64,000 nt of DNA from Phoronis australis (Eukaryota > Animalia > Phoronida): NCBI GenBank assembly GCA_002633005.1, contig NMRA01000788.1:1-64000 (forward strand), read 5' to 3'. The stretch's first letter is position 1; each line of letters begins with the position of its first letter. This document shows positions 1 to 13,178 of the stretch, one piece after another. The notes below the pieces were generated by a model. That model had not been told where the DNA came from, searched no databases, and saw nothing but the letters and a program-made list of their open reading frames with translations. A program made the translations under genes and the position numbers.

Positions 1-143
1 CATACATACATACACACACATACATACATACATACATACTTACATACATGTATACATACATACATACATACTTACATACATGTATACATACACACATACA
101 TACATACATACATACATATATACATACATACATACATATACAA
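1..143. repeat. (CATA)n microsatellite
   Basis: Direct tandem CATA/CACA repeats. Confidence 0.97.
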
Positions 144-999
144 ATAGATGTATTTTGTGGCAGCACATTCCCCAGAGAAACCGCCACTCACAGATTCTGC
201 ATCAGGCATTATGACATTGGCTTCAACAGTGTTAGGCCATAGTCCATTCGACTCTAAGAAGCCTAGAAAATCACTTCCGTGGCTACTTTTTGGGGGCACG
301 ATAGTTTTGGTGTTTATAAGGTCATTAAGTACTATACTTTAAGACTTCAAAAGGTTCCCAAGGTTTGACTTGCACGTTTTTGAGAAATTTGACCTCAAAA
401 TCTGACTTTTTGCAAAATTTGGCACAGAAAACCAATCTTCAAAAACCAACAACAGTAGACAAAAACTGAATGATAATTTGATTGGGTTTCATTCATTTGA
501 AGTTACCGGACAATAAGTGATAAATGTGACATTAGGTGAAAAATTTATCAGAAAGAGAAAAAGAAAAAATAGTAGCGCCTCCTGTTGGTCATAAATCATA
601 CTACTATATTCTGAACTCCTACCAAAAGAACAATATTGGAACTTGATAAAGACTTGATATCACAACCTACATATGAACAACATACAATTCCAACGCTTCT
701 GCAAGGAATTCACTCTCATCACTTTTATTAATTGTCACAATTGATTATCATTATCTACATTGCAGTTCATTGTCAACTGTCACACTGACAGGAAATGATA
801 CACAATACAGTCCTGACAGTCACCAGCATGATAAAATGTTGTCAATATTTCCATTAGGTTAAAAAAAGTTCTTTAACAACATAGCATGCACTTACTATAT
901 TTCTTCATCCACTCCATCATCATTTATATCATCATTATTGTCATCAAAAGTTGTTTTTTGACTGAGACACCGTGTTCACTCACAGTCTAATCACTGAGT

Positions 1000-1350
1000 C
1001 ACACAACTTAGCACATGGCATGCCCGACTTCAAACAAGAGCAATTTTTTTACCACAACCACCTCTTTTACACTTCCAATTAACATTTTTCATGGCATTTT
1101 CTGGGGCTAAAGGTAGAGTCATCCAGTGGAGCTTCAAATTACCCCGCTCCAAAAGCCACCCATTATCAACTGGAAATGGCGCACTGACATGCTGTTGCAA
1201 GGCTCGTTTGTGAATGGCACACTGGTAGTTTGCTCTTTTGGCATGGAACAGCAAACAATCAGGATTAGAAGGCAGAGATGATTCCGCCACAGATTTCAAC
1301 CTGAATATGTGGTAGCGTGCTTTGTTAACAGTTGCATACAAACGGTTCAA
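1000..1350 (-). pseudogene. Fragment of a DNA-transposon-encoded protein C-terminus (LP..D.L..H..RA.YQ..I...GW...W.T.P.AP...CK..C, ending in a Cys-rich CXC-like region), as seen in Chapaev-type and related invertebrate DNA transposons
   Basis: ORF 1030-1350: VNKARY..LPSNPDCLLFHAKRANYQCAIHKRA..P.P..NGW...LHWMTLPLAP...KCKRGGC. Truncated upstream. Superfamily is not resolved. Confidence 0.6.
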
Positions 1351-2469
1351 TGTCTTCTATGAGTTGACAAGGAAACACAAATTTTGATCCCAACTTTAAC
1401 AACAAAGAAAAAGTTCAAAAAATATCTCTGCAAGCCTGCACCCTACCCGAAATAAAAAAAGTTTTGACAACCTGAATACCGTTTCATCTAAAAACCTTGC
1501 TTGTTACAGTAATCTAACTGGAATAGATAACCAAAATGCTCTTCACTTTAGCACACAGTATGGCCAACAACTGAAATTTCATTTTGTCTCTAAGTGTCCA
1601 GCAAAAATAAGCATTAAGAGAAATGAGCATCATTACTAGCATTGATTGCACTGTACAGTTGCCTTAAAACAATTTGAAACATAGAAACATTTTTATCATC
1701 CTTAATACTGTAGTTCAGCCTTTGAAAATAGAGGAATGGTCATGTTGGCAATAGTTTTTGTTTGAATTTGAAAAGCGTCCTTTTTTACCGTAGAGCTAAA
1801 ATTTCCATTGGCGCTTCCTGTTTTGAATAGCACAGAATTGGAAGAGTAAAAATTTTCCTACACTATAAACTCCAAATCAAGAATCTTCAATACGTGAGAT
1901 ACTGAAATCAGTGCAACATTTGAATTTTCAAGATTAATGAATTACAGAACACAGGCATTATTTCCATTTTTTATATTTCTCAAATTCCAAACACTGCTCA
2001 TGATTTTACATATAAGAGTCTCAAAATAGGCTTGGGATCATTCACATGTAGGTAAAAACTACTGCCAGTACCCTTGAGATTAGGATTACAAATTTATCAA
2101 GCAAAATAATTTTTTTCTGTGACCTAAACTAAAGATTATTTACCATAAATGACGCTTTTTCGAATTAAGAATAGGTAGGCCTATTTACAATCGAATGTTT
2201 GGAACTGGGATAAGTTTTCAATATTTCTTTTGCTTGTGAAGTTCCTCAGTGATTTGTGGCAAACGGTTCATTGTGGTGGCAAGACATTACTTTATATTTC
2301 TTTAAGCACTGTTAAATGTAACTGACAGTTACAATCTCCTTAACTTACTAATGGGTTCAACATTATTTCCATCATCAGCTTGGTCTTTTTCTTTCTTAAG
2401 AGCTCTTTCAATTTCTGTTACATCCGTAAAGTGTCTGTAACACTGCTTGTGATAAAAGCATGCGATCAC

Positions 2470-2712
2470 CAAGCCTAAAAATGAGGGGGCTCGAGTTTTT
2501 GAGAATGTGGACCTTCATGAAGATTCACAGGGAACTTCAGAGCTACGAATTGTGTGTTCGCCGAACTTTGGTAGTTCCTGCATTTTTAGTGAACTTTTGT
2601 TTCGTTTTCTACTTTTTTGGAGTTTTTGTTTCTCCGAGGCGGACCTTTTTACCCGCTTTACCAAATGGGGGAAGCTCGTTCAAGCCCCCCCCCGAACCCC
2701 CCCTTCGTGAGC
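2470..2712 (-). mobile_element. Short non-autonomous element (MITE-like); inverted copy of 29295-29510
   Basis: aagcctaaaaatgagggggctcga...aatgtggacctt is the reverse complement of aaggtccacattctcga...ttttaggctt at 29465-29510. Confidence 0.7.
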
Positions 2713-4366
2713 GCATGGCAGGAGCTCTGTTTTTTTACAAAAACTTAAAAACTTAGCAGCAATGATACTTCACTTGCAGTCAATGTTGATACATTTGTTT
2801 GCAAGCCTTGGACCAGGTAATGTCTGAAAATTCCAGCTCAGCAATTTGAGCAGAACCTGAGACATGAATGCAACAAAGGGCAGACATCTTGCCAGCCTGT
2901 TGTGAAGTCGCACACTCGTTCAATAATTCATGGTTTCAGCAGAGACCCAGGTGTCCCAAAACTGTTCTTTGCGAAACACAAAATGATTCAGGAATATGCC
3001 AAGAATTGTTTCAGTACTATGATGACACTCGTGGCCATTTTACTTGGCTTTCCTCAATTCCTAACTGCAGCTTGGTACTTTTTTAGCCTTGGCCCTTGGA
3101 AATTGCCTATTACTTGCGCACCCATCCAAGAATTAAAGTACTATCCAATGTAGTCAGCAGCAGTAAACAAGTTAGCTAAGCCAGCAGGATAACATCAGTT
3201 GACTGTCCTCTAATCATAGACTATAGATAGGGACTGCCAACTGCCGTTAGAGCGCGTTGCGCATGTCGCGGGCCAAGGGACATAAGCACTAACGATAAGA
3301 GGGCGCTGCACACGCAGGATAGAAAACTTCCGGTTTTATGGAGCGGTCGGTCCCTCGTTTCAAGATTTGGTAAAGTAATGAGTCGAATTGCTTAATTTTT
3401 GGACTTGTAAAAATAAAATGCGTATACGTCATGTCATTTAAAACACTCACAAGATAATTCAGACATGTTATGAGTTATTTACGCCAGAAACGTCTTCAGC
3501 TGATTTTCCCGTGTTTATCATTTACACATACACAGCCGCATCAGCTGATTTTTTGTTGCAATTAGTATTGATGTTTGTTTAAATTGAGTACGGTACAATT
3601 CAGCTCATAATCATAAGCACAAGTACTAACCAACAAAAGTGAATTTGTAACAATGTTACACAATAAATATTTGAAATTCACATACAGTTTGTTCCGGGGG
3701 AAGGCCAAAGGCTAACTGACATTGACATATCATTTGCAAAACTTGAGTGTCAAAAACTTGTGTGTCAAAAACTTGCTGTCACTACTATCATAGTCCAAAA
3801 GTACATTGTAAGGCAACTTCTAAACATAGCTACGATTATGCAAAATTGGTTCGATACATGACACTTGTTGCTGTTAACAATCTTTATTCCATTCCGTTCG
3901 TATCGTCAGAACATTGGTAAAGAAACTGACCAAGAGACGACAAACGATATTTCGAAAATACTTGTTTCATCAAGTGGAAATAAAATGACNGGGTTTGGAA
4001 TTCCCCAGCATTACTTTACAATTGGTAAGTGAAAAATGACAACACGAATATGCAATGGGATTTTTACAATAACAAACAGGAAAAAAACATAACAACATTA
4101 CATAAAGTGTTGCATACATTTCTGAGAACGAATACAAAAACACCCTTTGCATACTATGTTTTACAAAATAGAGCTGTCAGAGCAAAGCAAAATACAAATT
4201 TCATCAGAAACACTTCAATAGTCTAAAATGGTAGCTTTAGCCATTTATATATATTTTTGAAATATATTTTCGAGTTTTTTAATTTTTGCAGCCTCAAAAA
4301 TAGCCTTTTTTCAGCAAATAGCACCCAAAAATTTCAGGCCACAAAAATACCAAGTTTAGACAACTA

Positions 4367-4469
4367 CCGTAATCGTTCGGGTTAACGCCCTGGGCGGTTA
4401 AAGTGGCGAATCCAAAAAATCGGGGGAGGGCGGTTAACTGAGCATGGGCGTTAACCCGAACGATTACGG
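4367..4469. mobile_element. Tc1/mariner-type MITE
   Basis: Perfect 24-bp TIR ccgtaatcgttcgggttaacgccc / gggcgttaacccgaacgattacgg, with TA on both sides (4365-66, 4470-71). Confidence 0.85.
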
Positions 4470-5435
4470 TATATTTTGGAATCCATAGCTTACTGTGTTG
4501 CTAAAACAAGATTGAGTCCTTTACATGTAGGTTAACAACATATCGTCACCAAACCGCTTTTAAAACGACAAAACACTTCAAGAATTACCATGCCTCGGTG
4601 AAAATATTTCTTTTGTTCCAAAATATTTCAAAACAATTCTAAAAATGAAATTGGTGCAACAACTGATTTCAAAAATAACAAAAACCAGAAACCTAATTTT
4701 TTCAGAGTATTTCGTCATTTATTCAAAAATCTTTGAGGTTATACGAATTATTCTTTTTTCCCCAAGTGAGATCCATGTTTCACAATCTTAAGTTACGCAC
4801 CATACGATAAAAATGATCATGTGCATTTTTAATTAAACAAAATTAAATTGGACAATAAAATTTCAATGAAATTTAAATCAATTTCATTCCTGTTAAATAA
4901 CTGAGAGGCGTTGTATTAGTGACCATCCAAAAAGAGCGTACTCGTATTCTAAACGGTTTTGTTGTACTGCAGCCTTGAATAAACAATTATTTTAATGCAA
5001 AATATAATTTTTAAAAATGAAACTGATCACAGCACAAGGTAGAAAACATGTAACAAAATTATTTTTGAAGAAAATAGACTCAATCTATCCCCAAAACTGA
5101 AGTTAAATTGAATTTTAAAAATATTCTGTACTGTTATAATGAAAATATTTCACCAATTTGGGTCACTTTATGTAATTTGCGGAAATTTTGACTGGTTCTG
5201 TTTAATCCATTTGACCAATCAAATTTAGTTCAGTTTTAACCCTGGAAAGGTCTGCATGGTTTTTGAAAATGACTGAATTTACCTTTTTTTGGGAGAGTAC
5301 ACTTGCAGGATTTTTCCAGGTTAGAAACTGAAAAGGCATTAAATTAAAAAACTACATTTTCCCATACTTTTATCAAAAAAAAAAACAAATAAAAGTGTAA
5401 ACTTAAGGCAGATGTTTTTAGCAGTTTGACATCAA

Positions 5436-5588
5436 TAGCGGATTAAGAGGGGAGCCAAGAGGGCTACACCCCCCTAAAATTCCCCCAGATTCCATTTGGA
5501 AGATCGGGAGTGCCAATCTCTGAATGACAAAATCCTGGCTAATACTCTGCTCTGGTCCCCCTAACACAAAATCCTGGATCCGCCCCTG
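5436..5588. mobile_element. GC-rich MITE of the 'ggcggatc...atccgcc(a/c)ctg' family (related copies about 7885-7965, 21072-21390, 36774-36935)
   Basis: Shared terminal motifs. The 36774-36935 copy is absent from the paralogous segment near 50770. Confidence 0.6.
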
Positions 5589-7964
5589 GATATACGTATT
5601 AAAATCAGTTCAGTAACGGCCATTTAGCAACTGAAAATTTATCCCCTTCTCAAGTGCTGCAGTACTTCGATTTTTAAAAATATTCATGAATGCCCTCATT
5701 TATTGAAACGGATATTAATATAAAAAAGAAAGTTTAAATATTTCGATGGCATACTTTTCATTGTCCACCACTTTTCATCATCCTAATATATATGAGCTTC
5801 TGAAAATCATGAAAAATGGCAAAATTTCGCTCTTGCTGAATTTTGGATATATTGGTAAACCATGGCTTATGTATAGTAAACATAGTGACGAATGAGAAAC
5901 TGCATTTAGGTCGATCCAAAATTCATACAAAATCACAAAATTCAAACTAAATTTCATCGTAAATGACTGAGAATTCAACTGGTGAAAAGAATTATCCATT
6001 TAGCTCAATCTTTTCATTGGGCCAAACTCCTCGATTCGTGTGTTGAACTGTGCCAGCAAGCGAGCCGATCAACAACTTGTCAAGTTAATGCCGACACGTT
6101 TCGTACCAATAATCCGACTTCAATGGCTCGCATACGCGATTTAGTTTGCATTAAACACAACAAATTAATGTCAAACTCAAAAATTTGCTTGACGTGCGTG
6201 AAATAAAAACGAAAGTTCACCTTCGTTACTATGCTTAGCCATGAGACCGGAAGTTTTGAATCCTGCTCACGTACTTTTGCGTTAGGCCGCGAGACTTCGG
6301 GGAGTCGCGAATCTCTTTACTAATATCCATGCTCTAATGAATGCTTTCATGCCAAGCAGACGACTTTTGAAGGGGAAAGGTATAGACACAATATTTTCCT
6401 GGCATTTGATTGGCTGTTCTGATAATTTTGCTCTGACACCTGATGGCTAACATATTAGTTGAGGCTATATTTTTTAACTTTTGAATTAAAGTTCTTACTA
6501 AACGTGCGAGTGTAATCTTGGGAACTTATTTGAAATTGACTTTTGAACATCTGTGGATGGGTTTACTGCAAAGTTCCCGTTGCCCCCAGAAAATACCCAC
6601 GGAGGTGAAAGATAGGAAAGCTGGGACTATGGCCATTTACTCGTAAGCCAACACTGGGTGTATTATCTTACTCATATAGAGTACATTAGCCTGTGCGAAA
6701 GTAGTTCACTTCTATCATTTTGCTCGGTAGACGGCGCTTTTGTAAACATGGTGGCTCGCGATTTCTGGTTTAGGCATTACAGTAGGCCTAGGCCTATCGT
6801 GTTTTTGAATCAATGTAAATGTTACTGAACAACTGTTGTGAATGCCGACTCAGATAAATGCTTTCGATTTAAAAATCTTGAGGGACTTTTTGATATGTAA
6901 GCTATGAATGTTTTTTTTCATAAGAAATGATGTGTGTGTGTTTGTGTTGTTAAAATCAGTTGCATAGTGAGTTAACCACTGAATGATGTCAGTGCTTAAT
7001 ATGCTTACGGGGATTTTGATTGAAGAATAATATTTTTATTGGTTAGACTGATACATACCAAGGGAACTTGTGCCATGTGATAAAATGTTATTGTTTACAT
7101 ATGTTTTGGAAAAAATAAATGGTTTAATATTAACGAGATAATGAAACGTTACAATTGTGTCTTAAGCATCTAAACGTCAATGTATAATACAGGATTACTT
7201 TTACATAAACATTTAAAATGTTATAGATTTTGGATTTCCTATATATAGTTAAGGTTAATAATGCATGCCTACATGATGTTCTCTGCACATTTGTTGGTTT
7301 GATAACACTATCACTGATGGTGTTACTCTATCAAAAATCCAAAATTAAAGGGCAATTTTGACAGTAAAATCGTACATGAAAATCTTATTTTAATGATGTG
7401 GATTTCTGACTCTGTCTCAATTTTTGTACTTCAGGGTGACCTAAAAGGGCTGCTGGGTTCCTTGTTAATTCCAGGTTGTCGTGTCTCTAAGGAAGCATTT
7501 TTTATTTAGTGCATCTGCATTGCATAAATTTATGTTTTTGATTATTTTTGGCAGCTTTCCCAGATTTCCGTAAAACTTCCAGGGTCAGATTTGGAAATTC
7601 TGGGTATTAGAAAAGACATAAAAAATTGGTGATGTGAAACCTGTTGTGATACGAATAGATACTATTGAAAGTATTTTTTGTCTGCATTAAACTCACCATT
7701 CTAATACAATGTGTCCTTGGTTGATCACCACAATTGCCACGTTGGAAGCTAATTCCTTGTTTTGGAAGCTAATTCCTCGTTTGCAAGCGTTTCACACCAT
7801 CACTTGTTGATGTCAGAGCCTCAAGGTTAGCATACACTACTTGGAGTGAAAATTTCCTTTAACTATATCACTAATTGGAAAACATAGGCGGGTTNCATAC
7901 AACCGCGCCCAATTCCCCGAGGCAACATGTTGGGGCCCCCTTCTGGTATCTGTAATCCGCCACT

Positions 7965-10749
7965 GGAACAGTACTACAAAACGCCACTAGTTTCTTCATC
8001 ATCAGTGTCATCATCACTAATGTCTCGCAAAAAAATGTTCCCGTTCTGGTATTGTAATTAGTGCACGGCAAAGATCTACTAAAGTTTGGTGAACTACAGG
8101 GCCAACACGCAAACAAATTGCAGTTCGTTGTGGGAACGTCAATAGCGCAATTATAGTTGACCTGTCAACTGGGCTAGTTTTATTTCATTTTAATAGCACA
8201 GTGAACTTTTTATGTTCACTGAGTAACTAAACCCTTTCAATGATGTTTTTCGTTTTAAAATTGCTTCAATAAATACTACAGGTACTTCAATATCGTTCGC
8301 AGTTCGTCGCGATTCTATTCGTGTTTTCCATTGACAGGGAATTCCCCGAGTATGCATGACAAGGGAGATAAGTCTTTATTTTGATACATAAACGAGTCGA
8401 CAAATACGGATTTTCTCACCTACAAGGATTATAATTACCATTTTTAAGAACGATATTTTGTAAATGTGAAGTGCCATATGTGAAAGACTAGTCGCCAACC
8501 GACTAGAGCGACGTCTTTCGTGAAAATGGGACTATGGCCCATGTCAGTTAGCCGTGATTTTATACGAACACGTCGTGGCTGAGGCTGTTGGCAATGGTCC
8601 GATTCTCACAACAGAAAATGTCATGTTGATCGCATTGGCTATCCTGGTATGGTAGAAGTAGAATGTTTTCTATCTATTGAGTGAAATTTTTTGCATTCCA
8701 GCCCAATGACAAGATATAGCTCATTTTTCCAATCTAGTTAGACAATGAACCAGACGAAAAATAATCACTCTCACATGATTGTGTTTATTTAAGTTATTCC
8801 ACATTATAAGTTATAAAAACTCACGCACTAGTCTATGCAAGTTAAACACAATAACAATAGCTTAGGTAAAGCGGAAAAATACAAAAATGTCTACGTTTCA
8901 CATCATTTCAAAATGAACTGCGTTTTAAGGACTTTTTCTATTCGACATCTTTTATGCTATCACTACAAAGCACGCCCTATAGTGTAATACAACAATCATT
9001 TTACGGAATATTATTCCAAGCAAGTAAAGTACGCAGGCCATGTAAGATGGCGCAGACGAGCGCAGAAAGGAAGTAGTAATTAGAATGCCCGTGAATACCA
9101 TGTTGAAACCAACATCCGGCCGAAGTCATGCACATCACTGCGTCAGCTACGATTTTGATAGTCGACTTCTCTGAAAAAAGGATTATTCACAATTCATGGT
9201 TTGCCGAATATGATACAAAAGAATTCTGATTAACAGTTTCAAAAGCACTACAAAATGAGTAACCACAATATAAGGCTCACGGGTGCCTTTCGAAGCTTAA
9301 CCACGAGGAACATAATTTATAGTAGCTGTTGGCAGAGCAGTTTTGAGTGGAATGGTACCGTTGCAAGTCCGGTTAAGACCGAAGGCGAAAATTCAGCAAA
9401 AAACGTTTCAAGAACTCTAAGACTGTTTTTGGTCGTCGGTCATAGACTTAGACAGAAATGATCTTGGCGAGCTAAGCTTTCGCCTGGAACTATGGCAAAT
9501 TTACAACACTAAGCGAGGCGGTGTCTGAAATATTCTTTCAAGAATAATCTTGATCTCGAAACTCTAAATGGTCGTTTATTTACACCATTTTGGACACAAT
9601 TGGGATTTCGTTTATGTGGGTACACCCTAGAAGGACTGGAAAATGTCATTTCAGATGTGCAGGTAGTGCATTGTCTATACACACGGTTGTTTGCTGGTTC
9701 TCGAGCCGAAAGAAGGCGGGCTTTAATATAACATTGTGAATGGGTATTAGATTGCGAAAGATTGTTAAAAATATCAACGAAATTTGCCCCTCGACAGTTT
9801 ACAATGATGATAGTTCAGTCTTAAGCCTACACCTACCAACTATCAGGCCTACTTTCAGTCTTAGCTGAGACCCATTTCGGTCGAAAGTAAAGTGCCCAAA
9901 ACCACCCTTTACCTTGTCACCTCGCATTTGGTAGGCAACAATATGTGCTGAATGCAACAACATATGAAAGAACACCTCTTAGTTTTAAGCCGACATGGGT
10001 AAAACTCCCCACCTGGAAACAATCTGATTGAGACTCCAGCATCCAGTGGCAGATCAAAACCAACATGTCAAACCATGGTACAAATGAAATGGAGCCAAAT
10101 CCCACGGGCGACGATCGGAACGCTTGGATTGTGCGGTGTATATTATAGAAGTAAAGTCCTTAACTAGACAGTACCACCGTCTAGACTGGCCACAGTAGAG
10201 CTGGTGATATCATAAGCTTCATAAGCCTCACGTTGCTAATACCTTTTGCGCATAGAGGGACAACTTAGGAGGTCGCCGATAGCGCGCGCGTTAAAAATAG
10301 GAGCGCCCGCTGTGTAAAAATGACCCCTTGCCTATTTGCGCATCTGAACGAAGGACTGCTTGAAAACAGTTTGATTACGGGAATATTTGTTCGAGTTGGA
10401 AAGAATCGACGACCTCATAAGGTGTCCCTCTATGCGCAAAGGTTTACTTATACTATCAACATGACTTGGAAGTTTTTTAAAACACTATTTTTAAATAGTG
10501 TTAGGCATAATTCGCCGAAGCCAATCGAGACGGTGACACTGTCTAGTCTTTACATGCAAACTCGCCGGTTATTCATTTCTCATTTTATCTTTATTATGGC
10601 CAAAAATGACATATGTTATTAAATACAACGATTACCTTCGGCACTAAGGAGTATTATGCTGACTCCAAATTCAATAATAGCGATCGTCCATCTCGGCTTC
10701 CATTCTTCATAGTCGAGGTCATGGGAACCACCAGAGCCACGTGCGAAGT
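7965..10749 (-). pseudogene. STING-like multi-exon pseudogene, copy 1 (exons about 10749-10636, 10012-9913, 9170-9005, ~8660-8470, ~8419-8285, ~8175-7965)
   Basis: Canonical AG/GT boundaries on the first three exons. TM exons WTIAIIEFGVSIILLSAE, GVLSYVVAFSTYCC and KIVADAVMCMTSAGCWF..YYFLSALVCAILH. Then CENRTIANSL (cf. CEKGNFNVAHGL), KIKTYL/PLSC with a frameshift (cf. RLYILLPLDC) and KLVAFCST (cf. AKLFCRT). Contains stops and frameshifts. Confidence 0.55.
10241..10444. mobile_element. MITE in an intron of copy 1
   Basis: TIR acctttt-gcgcatagagggaca / tgtccctctatgcgcaaaggt. Confidence 0.75.
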
Positions 10750-10969
10750 CTGCAAAAACTTTTTTCTGGAACAATATTTAGTTACTGGCTAATACCAACG
10801 ACGAAACAGATCAAATATGTTAACTATGCAACATGATCAAAATAAAATGGTCTCTGTTATTGTTATTTTCAATAGTCCATTTTCTTTAGTAACATAATTG
10901 TACACTGCTATCAACAGTACATTTCAAAGTTACGAGATAGATGTTTGCCAATTTTCATCTATCAGAAAG

Positions 10970-11435
10970 CCTTTATCTGCAAATTTGAGATAGATACTTG
11001 GAACTGCCAGTTTATCGTATTTTTCTTAAATGTAACTGCATTCTGAAGTTTTACCAAAGAACTGCATCAAACGGCAATAAGGTCCAATTAATTATACTAT
11101 ATAAAAATGTATAATTCTGGAAGAATGCCTGACTAAATTAGCCGCAGCATGTGTGAGGGATACATATTCTAAAACTTTTGTCTTTATAGGGTAAAAATCT
11201 TTTGAATCATTGAAATTAAATTATTTCCCTCATAGCTTAACTAGTCTTTTATATAACCTCTCTGATTACTATTACACGCTGATATTTTTCGCATTTTGGT
11301 GACAGCCTTGGTTTTTAGCATTAAAAAATATTGTTTAACCAGTCAGGTATGCGAAATGATAATTACTTATGAATTGAATTATTTATCTTTTGTTTCTGGT
11401 ATAATCACCAAGAACTGACAAAGGGCTTTCTAATG
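10970..11435 (+). repeat. Duplicated segment, paralogous to 55093-55535
   Basis: ctttatctgcaaattt...ttctgaagtttt...accagtcaggtat.cgaaatgataattactt...caagaactgac is collinear in both places. Confidence 0.85.
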
Positions 11436-12374
11436 ATGATCGAACCCCCTCCGAGAAAAAGGAACAGCCCTAGCCTTTCCGATAGAATAAGATACGATTT
11501 AGATAGGCAACAAAATTGATGTAACTACTATTTTTACTAACTACAATCATAAGCAAGTTAATGTTAATTTTGAACTTGCTTCCGATGTTAAGCACTTCAC
11601 ATAATCATCGGTTCGTACCAGGCCCGTGTTGTGACTGCGTAGATGACGATTAGAAGAGGCTTGGTGTTATTCATCGGCATTGAAAGCGCGTGGTCTCTAC
11701 ACCGTAGGGTAACACGGGAGTCTAGAAGTAAATGTCTATTCCTAGCTATATAGCATTGAGAGAGCTCCCCAAAAGTAATGCGGTGTGAATGCCTTAAAAT
11801 CGACCAAGAAACAAAACAGCAGAAAATGGGTTTGTTATTTGCTACTTTGGTGTATTGTCTAGCATGGTATGGATAAAGTGCAGGCATTTTCAAATTTCGA
11901 ATTGAAAGTGATCGTCAAATATTTTGTTCATCAAGTGTCCACTTTGATTGTGGATTGGTGGATTGACATGCATACGTGTACACGTGTGTGCGTTTCGGTT
12001 CTTTTAAATTCATTACTCGCCGACGGTAAGTTCACTGACTACTCTGTCGTTTCTCAAAAGTCACACATTTAGCTAACGCGTTTTCTGCGCTGAGACATCC
12101 ACGAATGTTCACATTATTAGGTATGTCTAGAATAAGCATCAAGGTGAGAATTGTGTCTCGAAAATTGATTCTTTTGACTGTACAAGTGAAGTATTTTCAT
12201 CAAATTTGTGGTTTGGTTGAGAGAGATAAACACAGTGACCTCATGGAGGCTGACAAATTGTGTGCTACTCACTTCAGAAGTGAATATTTAGTATGTGTGT
12301 AGAGCACCTGAGGAAGAAGGAGTAACCGCGCCCTGTCCACCATTAATTGACCTACTTACGAAATATTAGCGATA

Positions 12375-13178
12375 ATGCCTGGGTCTAGAAAGACAACAAC
12401 ACCTTCAGCCAGTGACAGGTCAGTGACTCGAAGCATTTCGTCCTATATGCCTAGAAGTGAGACGAGCCCGAAGACTACAGATATATCTAACCGTCAACTA
12501 TTAGAGATAATAAACGACAAGTTCGAAAAGCTGTCCAACGATTTTGAGTCTCTCAGACGCGAGTATGCCACGTCAAGGGAAGAGAACTCTATCTTACGTG
12601 ATCAGGTCAAATCACTGGAAGAAAAGTTAGATGATTTAGAGAATCGATCCAGGCGAGACAACCTTATATTCCATGGCATGGTTGAAAATGGTAATGAAAC
12701 CTGGGAAGAATCGGAAAAGCAACTGGAAGAGTTTCTCAAGGAGCAGCTGAACATTGTAGATATAAACATAGAGAGAGCTCACAGACTGGGCCGTAGAACC
12801 CAGGGGAAAGTGCGGCCCATAATAGCAAAACTGAATTCGAAAGATAAGCAAAAAATAATGAGGAAACGGAGAGAAGTGAGGGACCCCAACATATTCATAA
12901 CAGAAGACTTCTCAATCCGGGTTAAGAAGGCAAGGAGAAAGCTGTACGAATTCTCACAATCAAACAACATGGAAAACGCTAAAATCAGCTTTAACAAGCT
13001 AATCTATAATGGCAGGGTATATGTATACGAAGAAGAGAACGATATGGTAAAAATCAAACCCCGCACGACTAATGCTGATCCACGCCATCCATCAACCCGA
13101 ACGGAAGCCGCTGTTCAACATGATGATCAGGTTTTCCATATGGCCAGCTCGTCTCAAGCTCAGTCGGACCAGCACTAG
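12375..13178 (+). CDS. LINE ORF1p (coiled coil plus L1-type RRM/CTD)
   Basis: Heptad region followed by LENRSRRDNLIFHG, IERAHRLG, RPIIAK and IFITEDFS motifs; 267 aa. Confidence 0.9.
   Translation: MPGSRKTTTPSASDRSVTRSISSYMPRSETSPKTTDISNRQLLEIINDKFEKLSNDFESLRREYATSREENSILRDQVKSLEEKLDDLENRSRRDNLIFHGMVENGNETWEESEKQLEEFLKEQLNIVDINIERAHRLGRRTQGKVRPIIAKLNSKDKQKIMRKRREVRDPNIFITEDFSIRVKKARRKLYEFSQSNNMENAKISFNKLIYNGRVYVYEEENDMVKIKPRTTNADPRHPSTRTEAAVQHDDQVFHMASSSQAQSDQH

Noticed and set aside
3310-6271. Inverted pair gcaggat..aaaacttccggt at 3310-3334 and 6246-6271
   Set aside because: Possibly the ends of an old 3-kb DNA element, but termini and TSD could not be defined.
9976-10012. Apparent 37-bp insertion with an AGGTG target duplication
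   Set aside because: The segment aligns with the GG..PCVG start of paralogous exons, so a small deletion explains the frameshift better.
9005-10749. MS4A/CD20-like or TMEM276-like assignment for the TM exons
   Set aside because: Only generic hydrophobic similarity; downstream exons in several copies fit the STING motif order better.
11680-11760. HDV-like ribozyme at the LINE 5' end (GGGTAAC)
   Set aside because: Could not build P1, P1.1 or the L3 consensus by eye.
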